Of a stretch of 64,000 bases of DNA, positions 26,584-37,900 are shown piece by piece (position 1 is the stretch's first letter; every line of letters starts with the position of its first letter). The notes below the pieces were generated by a model that was not told the origin of the DNA, did no database searches, and saw only the letters and a list, made by a program, of their open reading frames with translations. Both the position numbers and the translations under genes were made by a program. Source of the stretch: a virus (lineage: Duplodnaviria > Caudoviricetes); IMG/VR virus record IMGVR_UViG_3300020166_000019, positions 1 to 64,000 of that record; one strand, 5' to 3'.

Positions 26584-28641
26584 ATGTTAAAAGATGAGAA
26601 TTTAAATAATTTAGCCGGTGCCTTAAAAAAAGATAAACTATCAAATCTTAACCCTGCCTTAAAAAATATACAAAGTGGTATATATCATGCTATAACTGTT
26701 AGTAATAAACGTGATGGATCGCCATTAGTTGATCCTGAAGGTAGAGGTAGAATAGCGGCATATGTTCCCAAATTGGGAGGCAACCCAGACAGTCCTTTAT
26801 ATTTTCAATATGCTTCTCCGTTCGCGGGTTCTAATTCCCAGGGTAGTTATGGTTTTCATGCGGTCCCGCCATCTGGTGGTATTACGATACTTGTATTCTT
26901 TGCTGATAATGGCGAATTAAGCGAGGGATATTGGTTCTCAGTAGTACAAGAAGTTCCTGATATTGCGGCAGGCGGGGCATCTGGATTGGCAAAAGTAGAT
27001 GGCACAGGGCAAGGTGAAGGTGCATTCAAAGATCAACCTAGTGCAAAAATAAATCATACTGAATTATCAAAGTTACACGGTGCTGATACATCATCAATTG
27101 ACGTAGGGGTAGAACCAATGCAAGTTGCCACTGATGTTAAGGATAGTGGACTAACTTCTAAATTAGATGGTAAAGATGGAATTATAAAAGTTATTGATGA
27201 CGGTGAAAATCCAGAAGATGAAGTTGTTACTGGTAGAAATCAACGTAATGCGTCTAATAATATCAGAAGTTCAAGTAGTAGAGATCAAATTTCTGACAAT
27301 CATCCAAGAAATATCAACACTGCTACACAGGGAATATATGCTGATGGTGTACGAGGACAAACTACAGCATCGCCAATTAGAAATGCAAGTTATAAAAATC
27401 CTAAACCTAATTCAGTATATGGTTTAAAAACACCTGGTTCAACAGTTCTTACAATGGATGACGGTAGTGTAGATGATGACGGTTTTGTTCATCCAAATCA
27501 AATCAGATTACAAACAGGATCAGGCGCCAGTGTTATATTAGATGGAACAAATGATTTAATTTATATGATTAATAGTACGGGTTCAGGATGGGTAGAAATT
27601 GGTTCCGGCGGCGAAGTTATGATATATGCACAGGGTTCACTTAGCATGAGAACGGAAAAAGATTTTAATTTACGTGCTGACCAAAATATTAATATTGAAG
27701 CAGCGGATAAAATAAACATTAAATCAGGAGATGATTTTCAATTAAATAGCGGAGATCAGATACATCTGAAAAGTGAAGGTTCACAGTTTTTTGACAGTGG
27801 TGGCAGTAATCATACTAAAGTAGGAAGTAATATGTATGTATCTACTGGTGGGTTATTGCATTTGAATGGTCCGCAAGCAGCGTTATCGCCTGGAATTAAT
27901 ACAGTATCGCACAGTGACATTCAAAATTTAGAATCTACAAAAATAGAAGAAAGTATTTTATCTACTATGGTATCACATGAACCTATGATTAGAAAAAAAC
28001 CAGCACCCGCAAATACTAGTTCAAGTTCAGAAGAAAGTGATACTGTTAATGGCGGTAAAATACCAGCAACTTTCGAAGATTCTAATAGTGTTGCTACAAA
28101 TGATAGCACCGTCGATCCAGACCAACAAAAAGTAAATGATCAAGAAATTGCAGAACAGGTTGGTAGCGGAAATGGGTTGGTAACATATGTTTCTGGATTT
28201 TCTGGTAGAACACGAAACAAACCTATTCAAAGTCAGTTATTTTCTATCTTAGAATCAGCAGCACAAAATGCTGGTGTCAACGTAGTAATATTCTCTGGTG
28301 GACAAGACCCGGCGGGTCCTGGCGCAAGACGTACAGGTTCTACACGCCATGATAACGGCTATGCTGCTGATGTTTGGTTATACAGTGGTCCCACCTCAGG
28401 TAGTAAACTAAGTTCTAGTAAAAGTTCTGATATACCAATAATAAAGAAATTTGCTAAAGCATGTTTTGATAATAACGCAAACGCGGTGGGTGTAGGTCCA
28501 GGTTATATGGATGATGTTGGTGTACATGTGGATATTGCAACATATAAATCTGATTCTGGTGTATGGGGGTCAACACATTCGGTTGGGTCTGCTTCTAGTT
28601 GGTTAATTGCAGCAAGAGATGAAAGTAATTGGAGAGCATAA
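26584..28641 (+). CDS. Baseplate central spike (gp5/VgrG-like) with a C-terminal M15-like peptidase
   Basis: DPEGRGRIAAYVP OB-fold start; beta-helix repeats (DFNLRADQNINIEA); C-terminal SGG...RHDNGYAADV...VHVD Zn-peptidase motif. Confidence 0.75.
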   Translation: MLKDENLNNLAGALKKDKLSNLNPALKNIQSGIYHAITVSNKRDGSPLVDPEGRGRIAAYVPKLGGNPDSPLYFQYASPFAGSNSQGSYGFHAVPPSGGITILVFFADNGELSEGYWFSVVQEVPDIAAGGASGLAKVDGTGQGEGAFKDQPSAKINHTELSKLHGADTSSIDVGVEPMQVATDVKDSGLTSKLDGKDGIIKVIDDGENPEDEVVTGRNQRNASNNIRSSSSRDQISDNHPRNINTATQGIYADGVRGQTTASPIRNASYKNPKPNSVYGLKTPGSTVLTMDDGSVDDDGFVHPNQIRLQTGSGASVILDGTNDLIYMINSTGSGWVEIGSGGEVMIYAQGSLSMRTEKDFNLRADQNINIEAADKINIKSGDDFQLNSGDQIHLKSEGSQFFDSGGSNHTKVGSNMYVSTGGLLHLNGPQAALSPGINTVSHSDIQNLESTKIEESILSTMVSHEPMIRKKPAPANTSSSSEESDTVNGGKIPATFEDSNSVATNDSTVDPDQQKVNDQEIAEQVGSGNGLVTYVSGFSGRTRNKPIQSQLFSILESAAQNAGVNVVIFSGGQDPAGPGARRTGSTRHDNGYAADVWLYSGPTSGSKLSSSKSSDIPIIKKFAKACFDNNANAVGVGPGYMDDVGVHVDIATYKSDSGVWGSTHSVGSASSWLIAARDESNWRA

Positions 28642-29283
28642 ATGATATATGATAAGAAAAAAGGTTCACTTTTAAATTTTATTCAATTACCATTACATAC
28701 TATAACTCCATATGGAACTTATCTAGGGACTGGTTATGATCCAACAAATGGAAATCCCACGTATATACTATCATATACACGTGTGACTACATTTCCAGTA
28801 AATCAACTTATATTTTCTAATTTGTCCAAAAATGCTATTATTAATGATGTTATTCCCACTCTTGAAATAAAAAATGGAATTATAGGTTATAACTATCAGA
28901 TTCCAGATGTAGAGTTTAGATACGGTTATATTACTGCTGCATCTAATAGAATTAGTATTAAAAGTCAAAAAATAACAAAACGCGCAGCACAAATAATTTT
29001 AGAAAAACAATTGCGTTCTATAGGCAATGTATTAGAAAGATTTGTGACGCAACCCTTAGGGCAACCACAATTTGATGCATTACTTCATTATTTTTATTAT
29101 GAAGGAATTGATAAAATACCTAATCATAATATTATTAATTTAATTAATAATCAAAAATGGTTTGATATAACAGATGAAATACAAAGTAATATTAAAAGAA
29201 AAAACGGCAAAGTCGATGAACGACTCGCCGCTTTAAGAATTGAGACTGCTAAAATTTTTAGTTATGTGCCTGGCTTTAGTTAA
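28642..29283 (+). CDS. Lysozyme-fold (GH24-like) baseplate protein, possibly degenerate
   Basis: [47 protein letters not shown] resemble phage lysozyme helices. Confidence 0.55.
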   Translation: MIYDKKKGSLLNFIQLPLHTITPYGTYLGTGYDPTNGNPTYILSYTRVTTFPVNQLIFSNLSKNAIINDVIPTLEIKNGIIGYNYQIPDVEFRYGYITAASNRISIKSQKITKRAAQIILEKQLRSIGNVLERFVTQPLGQPQFDALLHYFYYEGIDKIPNHNIINLINNQKWFDITDEIQSNIKRKNGKVDERLAALRIETAKIFSYVPGFS

Positions 29284-29878
29284 AAGTAGGCCTTTGATCT
29301 ATAACTTGGTCTACTAAACCATATGCAAGTGACTCTTGTGCATCCATAAAATTATCACGCTCCATGGCTGCTAACATTTCATCTAATGTTTTACCAGCAC
29401 TATTGTGTTTAACGTAAATTTCTGTCAATGAACGCTTCATTTTTAGAATTTCTTTAACCTGAATTTCCATATCAGTTGCCTGCCCACCGGCACCACCACT
29501 GGGTTGATGAATCATATGTCTTGCATTTGGTAAAATATATCTCTTTCCAGCAGCACCGGCGGCTGCCAATAATGATCCCATAGAACATGCTTGTCCCATT
29601 ACTGTTGTACTAACGTCAGGTTTAATAAATTGCATTGTATCATATATTGCCATACCAGAAGTAACTACTCCTCCCGGTGAGTTAATATAAAAATGAATAT
29701 CTTTGTCTGGGTTCTCACTTTCTAAGAATAGAAATTGTGCACACAACAAATCTGCCTGATAATCATTGACTTCTCCAGTTAGGAACAATACACGTTCCTT
29801 CAAAAGTCGTGAGAAGATATCATAACTTCGTTCACCGTTAGCAGATTGGTCTACGACCATTGGTACTAGATTAGGCAT
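29276..29878 (-). CDS. clpP: ATP-dependent Clp protease proteolytic subunit
   Basis: [31 protein letters not shown] (Ser), MIHQP (His), ERDNFM (Asp). Confidence 0.97.
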   Translation of the reverse strand: MPNLVPMVVDQSANGERSYDIFSRLLKERVLFLTGEVNDYQADLLCAQFLFLESENPDKDIHFYINSPGGVVTSGMAIYDTMQFIKPDVSTTVMGQACSMGSLLAAAGAAGKRYILPNARHMIHQPSGGAGGQATDMEIQVKEILKMKRSLTEIYVKHNSAGKTLDEMLAAMERDNFMDAQESLAYGLVDQVIDQRPTFN

Positions 29879-29881
29879 TAA

Positions 29882-30088
29882 TTATTCCTTGTTTTTTGTA
29901 GATTTAAGTTTTCGTATTTCTTCGTTTAGTTCTGTAATTCGATCATAGGCTGCATATAAATTTTTCTGAAGTTCATTTATTTCCAATCGGAACATTTGTT
30001 CTGTGGTGATTGTTTGCATTAATGGTACCTCACGATTTTTACTTTTTTTAAAAAGATCAAGTGGTATTATTTTATCTTTATCAGTCAT
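29882..30088 (-). CDS. Small coiled-coil hypothetical protein co-transcribed with clpP
   Basis: SD TAGGAG before ATG 30088; heptad pattern; TTGACA-17-TACTAT promoter upstream (~30111-30139). Confidence 0.6.
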   Translation of the reverse strand: MTDKDKIIPLDLFKKSKNREVPLMQTITTEQMFRLEINELQKNLYAAYDRITELNEEIRKLKSTKNKE

Positions 30089-30149
30089 TGATAATACTCC
30101 TAATATATTCATAGTATAGTAAAAATTATGTATTGTCAAGTACTTTTTT

Positions 30150-30182
30150 CAAATATACGTAGTTTATACGATGATAAATACT
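30150..30182 (+). promoter_or_regulatory. Late promoter with a conserved 19-bp upstream element (copy 2)
   Basis: CAAATATACGTAGTTTATA-cga-TGATAAATACT. Confidence 0.7.
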
Positions 30183-30213
30183 CTTAATAAAATATTTAAA
30201 ATTGAGAGACAAC

Positions 30214-30579
30214 ATGGTGGCAAAAACTATTTTTACAGGATTTAGTACAAAAAATAAAAAGGCAATAAATCATAATCTTTATGGTAAAGATTTAGTTATT
30301 GAAGATTTAATGAATAATTTAATGACACGTAAAGGTGAGCGTGTGATGATGCCAAACTATGGTAGTATAATTCATGATTTAATTTTTGAGCCATTAACTG
30401 ATGACGTAAAAGAAATAATTGGCATTGATATAAATTCTATTATAGATGATGATCCCAGAGTTTCTATTAATACTCTCAATATAACAGACGAAGACCATAG
30501 TATAAACATAAAATTATCAGTTTCTATTATTCCAACTGGTGAAGTAGTTGAACTAACAATAAATTTAGAAAGAGAATAA
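30214..30579 (+). CDS. gp25: Baseplate wedge subunit (gp25-like)
   Basis: LMTRKGERVMMPNYGSIIHDLIFEPL...DDPRV. Confidence 0.9.
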   Translation: MVAKTIFTGFSTKNKKAINHNLYGKDLVIEDLMNNLMTRKGERVMMPNYGSIIHDLIFEPLTDDVKEIIGIDINSIIDDDPRVSINTLNITDEDHSINIKLSVSIIPTGEVVELTINLERE

Positions 30580-30580
30580 C

Positions 30581-33500
30581 ATGAGCCAAGAAAGAGTTGA
30601 TAACTTATTCGCTAGTGAAAGTTGGAGCGCAGTATATACTGCATACACTAACATTAGTCTTAAAGCATATGATTTTGATACAATACGTGAAGCATTACTT
30701 GCTTACGTTCAACAAACATACCCTGATAAATTTAATGATTTCATTTCAAGTTCTGAATTTATCGCAATCTTAGATTTGGTTGCATACCTTGGTCATTCTT
30801 TATCCTTTAGATTGGATATGAATACACGTGAAAATTTCTTAGATACTGCTGAACGTAGAGAATCAATTCTTAGAATGGCAAAGAATTTGGGATATATTAA
30901 AACTCGTCCCATCAATGCACGTGGTTATATGAAAATCACTAGTGTAACTACTAATCAAGATGTCGCAGATAATGAAGGTAACTCATTAGCAAATACTACA
31001 GTCAATTGGAATGATGCAAATAATGCTGATTGGTATGAAAACTTTATAGCGATATTAGATTCATCTTTTGCTAAAAATTCTAAAGTACAAGATCCAGTGG
31101 CGTCTTTAAATGTTCTGAACGTAGAAAATAATATCTATGAAATAAACGAAAACCCTTTAACTAAGCGTATTAATTATCCTTTTTCTGCAAATATTTCAGG
31201 TAGTAGTAGAAAATTTGAAACTACCAAGGTAGAAATACTTGATGAAATTATCAGAGAAGCAGAACCAGTGGTTTCTAAAAATTTCACAATTATTAATCGT
31301 AACGATAATTTAGGACCAGCAAGTGATAGAACCGGCTTCTTTGTTTATTCAAAAGCAGGCGAAATGAATTTTAGTGATTATACGTATGATTTAAAACTAT
31401 CTAATAGAACACAAAATATTGATTTTCTTGATATTTCAAATACAGATGTTTGGATTCAACGCACCGATAGTAATAGAAATTACGTATCATCAGTAGCAAA
31501 AGTTGACAATGACAGTAGAGAAACTGCAATATATAATTCTTTGAGAACTGGCAGCGGCGATTTAGTGAGTGTGACAACTAATATAGATAATAGTATTGCA
31601 ATAAACTTCCCTGATGGTATTTTTGGTAATGCTGCATATGGTAATTATCGTATTTGGTTTAGACAAACTGATAATGAAAATTTCACTGTTAATGCAAATG
31701 ATATAGCAGAAGTTGCAATCACTGTCCCATATATTGGCGGTGATGACAGACCTTATGATTTAACATTGACGATGACAACTACAAGTGACTTTAGTGAAAA
31801 TTATGCTGCGGAAACATTCGAAAGTGTTAGACGTATAGCACCAAGAGCATACTATGCACAAGATAGAATGGTGAATGCACAGGATTATAACATCTACCCA
31901 CTTACTCTTGGATCAAATGTTGTAACAAAAGTAAAATCAATTAATACAACATTTTCTGGTAAATCTAGATTTTTTGAAATGGATGATGTAACTGGTCATC
32001 ATAGTAATTTAAGTGCAACCGGCACAGATGGAAGTGTGTTCTTAGAAGATGATATTATATCAATGAATATCAGATTTAATAGGCAAAATGGACAGATTGA
32101 TAATTTTATTAGAAATAAAATCACAGAAGTATTGAAACATCCAAGTTTGATGAATTTATATTATTTTGAAAATATGTATAACCCATCATCATCGATACTA
32201 TCTCCATCTTTGAACTTTTCTGTTCGAAGCACAAACTCTAGTATAATTGATACTACAACATCAAATTCATTGGGAACTGAGTTCCTATATCCTGGAGACC
32301 ACATTTTAACAAAGAGTACAAATGAAGAAGAATTGTCATGGACTAAAGTTAGAAGTATAGAATCAACTGTTGTTGGTTCTTCGGTAGATGCATATTATAT
32401 AGAAAATATTCTACCGGAAACTACAGGTAGTATTGAAAAAATAGTACGTGCGTATAGAACACGATTTGAAGCAGATGAAATAAAGAATATAAAAGTTAAT
32501 AAAATAGAAGACTTATCAGTTCAAAGTTTTATTTTGAAGTATGTTCCCAAAAGTAATACATCTATTTGGGAATGGAAAATACACGATGAAGAAAATGAAC
32601 CTGCATTGGTAGCAGGAGAAGATGTCTTTATAACATTTACATATGTTCCCGGTGTTAGAGAAAATGAAGCAGAATATATTGCTAGATTTACAGGTAAGAA
32701 AATAGTATTTGATAGTCTAAAGCAAGTAAAATTCTTTTATAATAATAATAAATTAGTTGTAGATAACGAAACTAATTTGGCAGAACGTGATAAATTATTT
32801 TTAAAATATTACACTACTATAAAAAGTGCAGGCACAGGTGCAGCAGAAGAGTTAATCAATATTGGTACTGCTAAAGTTAGTAACATTGTAGAACCGGGCG
32901 ACAATACAGTGACATTTGATGCAGATTTTGCAAACACTGGGGCAGTAATAACACATGAATTTGTTAATAATTCTCCATCATATGATGCAATAAGTACTAG
33001 ACATAAACTTATATCACCATTGGGCGGCGAGTATCCAATAACTCCTATCGCACCTACATCTGATACTGTTATTGGTGAATCTCCAGAATATACAGTTAGT
33101 TATGATAAAGATAACTTGAGTGATTTATTATCTTTAAATAGTTATGATGATATTCACCCTATTATTAATAGCGATGAATATGTGTATGCAAGTGCAAATA
33201 CAATAATTTCACACACTGGTAACATTGCACCAAATATTATATACACAACTAGTTACACAGATACTAAATTAGAATTAGAAGGTTTTAAAGGTAACGTAAC
33301 TGATGCATATTTTGATCTTGCATATCCTAATAATTTTGCATGGGTAGACTCATCCGAGTTACCAGTTGGCAAAACAATAGACACCGCATTACCAGGCGAT
33401 AATGGTGTACAAACTGACTTCGGTAGAACATATGACGGAACAAATTATGAATTTATTTTTACTAACATGAGTGCAAATGGCTGGTCAATACAAAATGAAT

Positions 33501-34924
33501 CAAATGATGGAACCGATCTAGATAATCCAGATAATGATGTATATTGGAAACAATTTGCTTTTGGTGAAATCGTTTTCCCAGCAACTAATATAAGTGAACA
33601 TAATATAGTATTGACAGATGTTAATAATAATTTAATTGATAAAAAAGATTGTGAAATTACACAAAACAACGGAGAATATACTATAGTTTTTTGGACGGTT
33701 GATCCGGGTATAGGCAGTGATGTGAATGTTAAAAGTCTTGGAGGAACTGCACAATTCTCAGATTTCTCAGTGAGAGTAGAGCGTAGTCTTGCCCCAATGG
33801 GGTCTGATAGACTTGAAGCATATGATGATGTAGAAACATATGTATATGATTCATATATTACACCTGCAGGTTATATTGATTATACAAAAGTTAAATTGAC
33901 AAGTGTAAGCAATGATCGTAATCCACATGGTATGTTACAAGTTTTAACTAACCGGGGTAATGTAGATAACCCTGAGTTAGGAGACATATCAGAAGTAGAA
34001 TTCTCTCATATCGTATTAGAACAATACACCGATACTGATAATATTGTTTATGAACGTGTAAGTAATAGAATTGTTGCTACTAATCAATCACAGAATGATA
34101 GAATACCAGAAACAGCAATTATCAGGTTCTATATAGAGAGTAATGACCTTGATATTAATGAAGGCGAATGGCAAAGACGTTCTGGATCTGGATGGGAAGC
34201 ATTGCCCACTAGTCAATATTCACTTGTGAATGCTCCTGCAAAAGACAAAATAATTTATGCTGGTAATCAATATAGAATTGTTATAGGCAGAAGTTATGTT
34301 GAGGATAAATTCATGTCCTTCAGATGGGACCATTATGCTGATATTGATAAGAGAATTGATCCAAGTACAAGTAATATAATTGATATGTATATATTGGGAA
34401 CTGATTATGTTAGAAGAGTGAATGCTTGGATAGATGGCGGCTTTTCAGATATTGTTCCAGTAGCACCAAATAACTATGAATTAACTAATATTATGGAAAC
34501 TATTGAACATAAGTCTAGTATATCAGACCATATCAGTTATATCCCAGTTAAGTTTAAATATTTGTTTGGTTCGTTTGCTGCTGCTGAAAACCAAGCGGTA
34601 TTTAAAGTTGTTAAAAAAGCAGGAACATCATATAGTGATAGTGAAATAAAAACTGCAGTTGCAAATGCAGTTAATACATTCTTTGATATAGATAATTGGG
34701 ATTTTGGAGAGACATTCTACTTCTCAGAATTAGCATCTTATATTCATACATCGTTACCTAATTATATTTCTTCAGTTGTAATTACACCAAAATACGGAAC
34801 TAGCACGTTTACAAATTTGCTAAGTATTACTAGTGAACCTACAGAAATTTTCTTGAGTATAACGACATCTGAAGATGTTAAAATTATATCAAGTATTGTA
34901 GCATCAGAATTATTAGGCGAATAA
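30581..34924 (+). CDS. gp6: Large baseplate wedge protein (gp6-like)
   Basis: YDFDTIREAL, FNDFISSSEF, RENFLDTAERRESILRMAKNLGY, FPDGIFG, QDRMVNAQDY motifs. Confidence 0.85.
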   Translation: MSQERVDNLFASESWSAVYTAYTNISLKAYDFDTIREALLAYVQQTYPDKFNDFISSSEFIAILDLVAYLGHSLSFRLDMNTRENFLDTAERRESILRMAKNLGYIKTRPINARGYMKITSVTTNQDVADNEGNSLANTTVNWNDANNADWYENFIAILDSSFAKNSKVQDPVASLNVLNVENNIYEINENPLTKRINYPFSANISGSSRKFETTKVEILDEIIREAEPVVSKNFTIINRNDNLGPASDRTGFFVYSKAGEMNFSDYTYDLKLSNRTQNIDFLDISNTDVWIQRTDSNRNYVSSVAKVDNDSRETAIYNSLRTGSGDLVSVTTNIDNSIAINFPDGIFGNAAYGNYRIWFRQTDNENFTVNANDIAEVAITVPYIGGDDRPYDLTLTMTTTSDFSENYAAETFESVRRIAPRAYYAQDRMVNAQDYNIYPLTLGSNVVTKVKSINTTFSGKSRFFEMDDVTGHHSNLSATGTDGSVFLEDDIISMNIRFNRQNGQIDNFIRNKITEVLKHPSLMNLYYFENMYNPSSSILSPSLNFSVRSTNSSIIDTTTSNSLGTEFLYPGDHILTKSTNEEELSWTKVRSIESTVVGSSVDAYYIENILPETTGSIEKIVRAYRTRFEADEIKNIKVNKIEDLSVQSFILKYVPKSNTSIWEWKIHDEENEPALVAGEDVFITFTYVPGVRENEAEYIARFTGKKIVFDSLKQVKFFYNNNKLVVDNETNLAERDKLFLKYYTTIKSAGTGAAEELINIGTAKVSNIVEPGDNTVTFDADFANTGAVITHEFVNNSPSYDAISTRHKLISPLGGEYPITPIAPTSDTVIGESPEYTVSYDKDNLSDLLSLNSYDDIHPIINSDEYVYASANTIISHTGNIAPNIIYTTSYTDTKLELEGFKGNVTDAYFDLAYPNNFAWVDSSELPVGKTIDTALPGDNGVQTDFGRTYDGTNYEFIFTNMSANGWSIQNESNDGTDLDNPDNDVYWKQFAFGEIVFPATNISEHNIVLTDVNNNLIDKKDCEITQNNGEYTIVFWTVDPGIGSDVNVKSLGGTAQFSDFSVRVERSLAPMGSDRLEAYDDVETYVYDSYITPAGYIDYTKVKLTSVSNDRNPHGMLQVLTNRGNVDNPELGDISEVEFSHIVLEQYTDTDNIVYERVSNRIVATNQSQNDRIPETAIIRFYIESNDLDINEGEWQRRSGSGWEALPTSQYSLVNAPAKDKIIYAGNQYRIVIGRSYVEDKFMSFRWDHYADIDKRIDPSTSNIIDMYILGTDYVRRVNAWIDGGFSDIVPVAPNNYELTNIMETIEHKSSISDHISYIPVKFKYLFGSFAAAENQAVFKVVKKAGTSYSDSEIKTAVANAVNTFFDIDNWDFGETFYFSELASYIHTSLPNYISSVVITPKYGTSTFTNLLSITSEPTEIFLSITTSEDVKIISSIVASELLGE

Positions 34925-34927
34925 AAA

Positions 34928-37900
34928 ATGGCAAATAATAAAATTTATAATCTCTTACCAGCGCATCTACAAAATAAAGAATTAGAAACAATTTTTGATT
35001 CAACACTAGAAAGAGCATTTTCTAAGGGTAGTATAGAAAAGACTAATGCTTTTATTGGTAGAAAAGAAAAAGGCGTTTATAGTGAAACAGATGCATATGT
35101 ATCATTTCCAGAACATCTTTTCCAACGAGACAATTATGGGTTTGAACCGGTATTTTCAAATACTGATATCGGAGACAATATATTTTATGATGACTTACTG
35201 AATTCTATGTATAATAAAGGTTCATTAACCAATGACCATAGAAGATTATTTAAATCAGATACATATACTATTAACTTACCAATTGATATCGATAAGTTTA
35301 TTAATTGGGAATTATATTATTGGGTAGACAATGGATTTACTAGTGAATATGCATTATATGAATTTGCAGAATACCAAGCAGGAGTTACTGGTTGGATAAA
35401 ACAAAAACCATATATACTCAAAAGTAATTCTGAATATCTATTGGATGAATATTTGCCAAATGAATCATTTGGAGAAATTGGCGATTATGCTGTTGTAATC
35501 AAACAGTCAAGTCTAGTTTATTGGAAAAAAGATAGCATTGAAGGATGGGCCCGTGTTGGTTCTGACGATCCTGGAGCCTCATCATTTACTGCATCTGACC
35601 AAAGACCATTATCTCCTACATTGGGTGATACATATGTAAATATAAATGAATTAAGAATAACATTACTGCAAAATCAAAATGAAACTTTTATTCTTAAAGA
35701 TACAATATATGATAGATGGAATATTGACGTAAACCCTTATGCACTACGCTTTTCAGATACATCTGAGGGATTAATAAGTTTAATAGAATACAGAAGTAAT
35801 GCACAAGATAGCACGCCTGATTGGGAACTATACGATGGTGAGCAATTCGTATTTAATCTAGGGAATAGTAACGACACACATTACATAACAATTGATAAAA
35901 ATACAGATAGAACAACCAAAACAAATTGGTGGAGTGACAGAAATTCGTGGTATCATTATGACGATATCCGTATGTATATCACTGACGACAGTAAATCTTA
36001 TGTGGAACAAGCAAAGCGGCCTATTATTGAATTTGATAAGAATTTAGAATTAAGCACAGAGAGTAGTTCTGCTGTTTCTTGGTCGGTCCCAACATTTAAA
36101 ATATATGACAACGAATTAAATTATTTAAATGATTACATGATATTTCATTATGTAGAAGATGAAGATAGTGTTGTAGATAAGTTCTTGTCAATACGTGCAC
36201 TACTAACACCCGGTGATTATGCGAGTGAATTTACATTTAATATAGAAATGCCAGTAGACGCTAGTTTTAAGGTGGGTTCAAATTATCATACTCTATACAT
36301 CAAATCAGAATTTGATTATAGAAACCTAAGACACGAATATGGTACCGCAACACATTCACAATTATCTCTACTACAAGAACCCAAATCATCAGAGACAATA
36401 GATGTATATGTGGATGGTATCATACAAATAGGAAATTATGTATACAGTTCTAATAGTATTATATTCAATACTCCAGTTACTGGGTATGTATATGTTGACT
36501 TTACTACAAAAGACAATGTAGTAGTTGACGGCGATGGTTCATGGCAACGTATTGATCCTGCACTTGAATATAATCCGGATAACTTATTTCACAATAACAC
36601 AAACTTTACATTCTCTACTATGTATGAGCATATGTTGCGACAGTTATCAACAACAATAGGGTTATCAGGAAATCCAAATGCTGTAAACAATTACCGAAAT
36701 ATCGGCGATAATACTGATAAGATGCGTAATAATAAGTATGGTTCTGTAATGGTTCGTAATTCAATCGATATCAAAAATGCATATTTCTCAATTACACGTG
36801 ATGATTATGATCCGTTTGCTGCAGTTGAATATCTATCAGTTTCATATAATAATTATAAAAACAAATTAATAACAACCATACAGGAAATACTTTCAGACGC
36901 AGGAAGTGAAACAAAGTCTGATGATCTTATCCTCGACGAGGCTATTGCACAAATTGCACTTATTAAGAGAGAAAATATAAGTGTCTTCTCTGGTAGTCGT
37001 ATGATAAATTTTGGTAGTTTTCCAACGCATTATATAACTGGCAATGTAGATCCAGTTATTCCTGGATCAGTTACACAATTTATACCCAATAGTATATCTA
37101 CTGAAATAGTGGATGATAAAAATGTTTCAGTTTATGTTAATGGTATACTAGAAACTAATGTCACTATAATAAATGGTATTGAGATTTCATTTAATGATAG
37201 TGTTATTGCAGAAGGCGATGTTATTGAAGTTAGATATTTTAAATTATTACAAGAAACATTTATTCCGCCGAGTGCATCTAAACTTGGTATCGCTGCGGTT
37301 TATAATCCTGGATATGTAGTTGACCAAGAATTTGATACACCACAAGTAATGATTGTAGGACATGATGGTTCTAGGATGCTTGCCTGGGGCGACAGAACTG
37401 ATGAAATTATATTATTATTTGAAAAATTAGTATATAATCGCATAGATAAAAATTCAGTAACTACTTCTCTTAGAAATATATCTTATGGCATGTACAGAGA
37501 TAGTGATACTGAATATTCATTGAATGAGAAAAAGTTTACAATGTATCCATTCTTTAAGAAGTGGATGTTAAGAAACAACATTGACAATTTATATAATACT
37601 GATTATGATTTTAATGATTACAAAACATGGAATTATCGTGCAAGTAATGATGCCTCACCTGGCTATTGGAGAGGAATCTTTAAATATGCTTATGGTACAG
37701 AAACTCCACTAATAGAACCATGGGTAACTATTGGTTATAGTATTATTCCTGATGGATTTGAAACCAATCCTCTTAGATATTCAGATCCAGACTTTTGGAA
37801 TATGTTAAAGACAACTTATTCAACAACATGGCCAATTCCAGTTGACTCAACTGGTAATCTCAGAGATATTAATGATTTATTCTTTAATTCTCAATTAACA

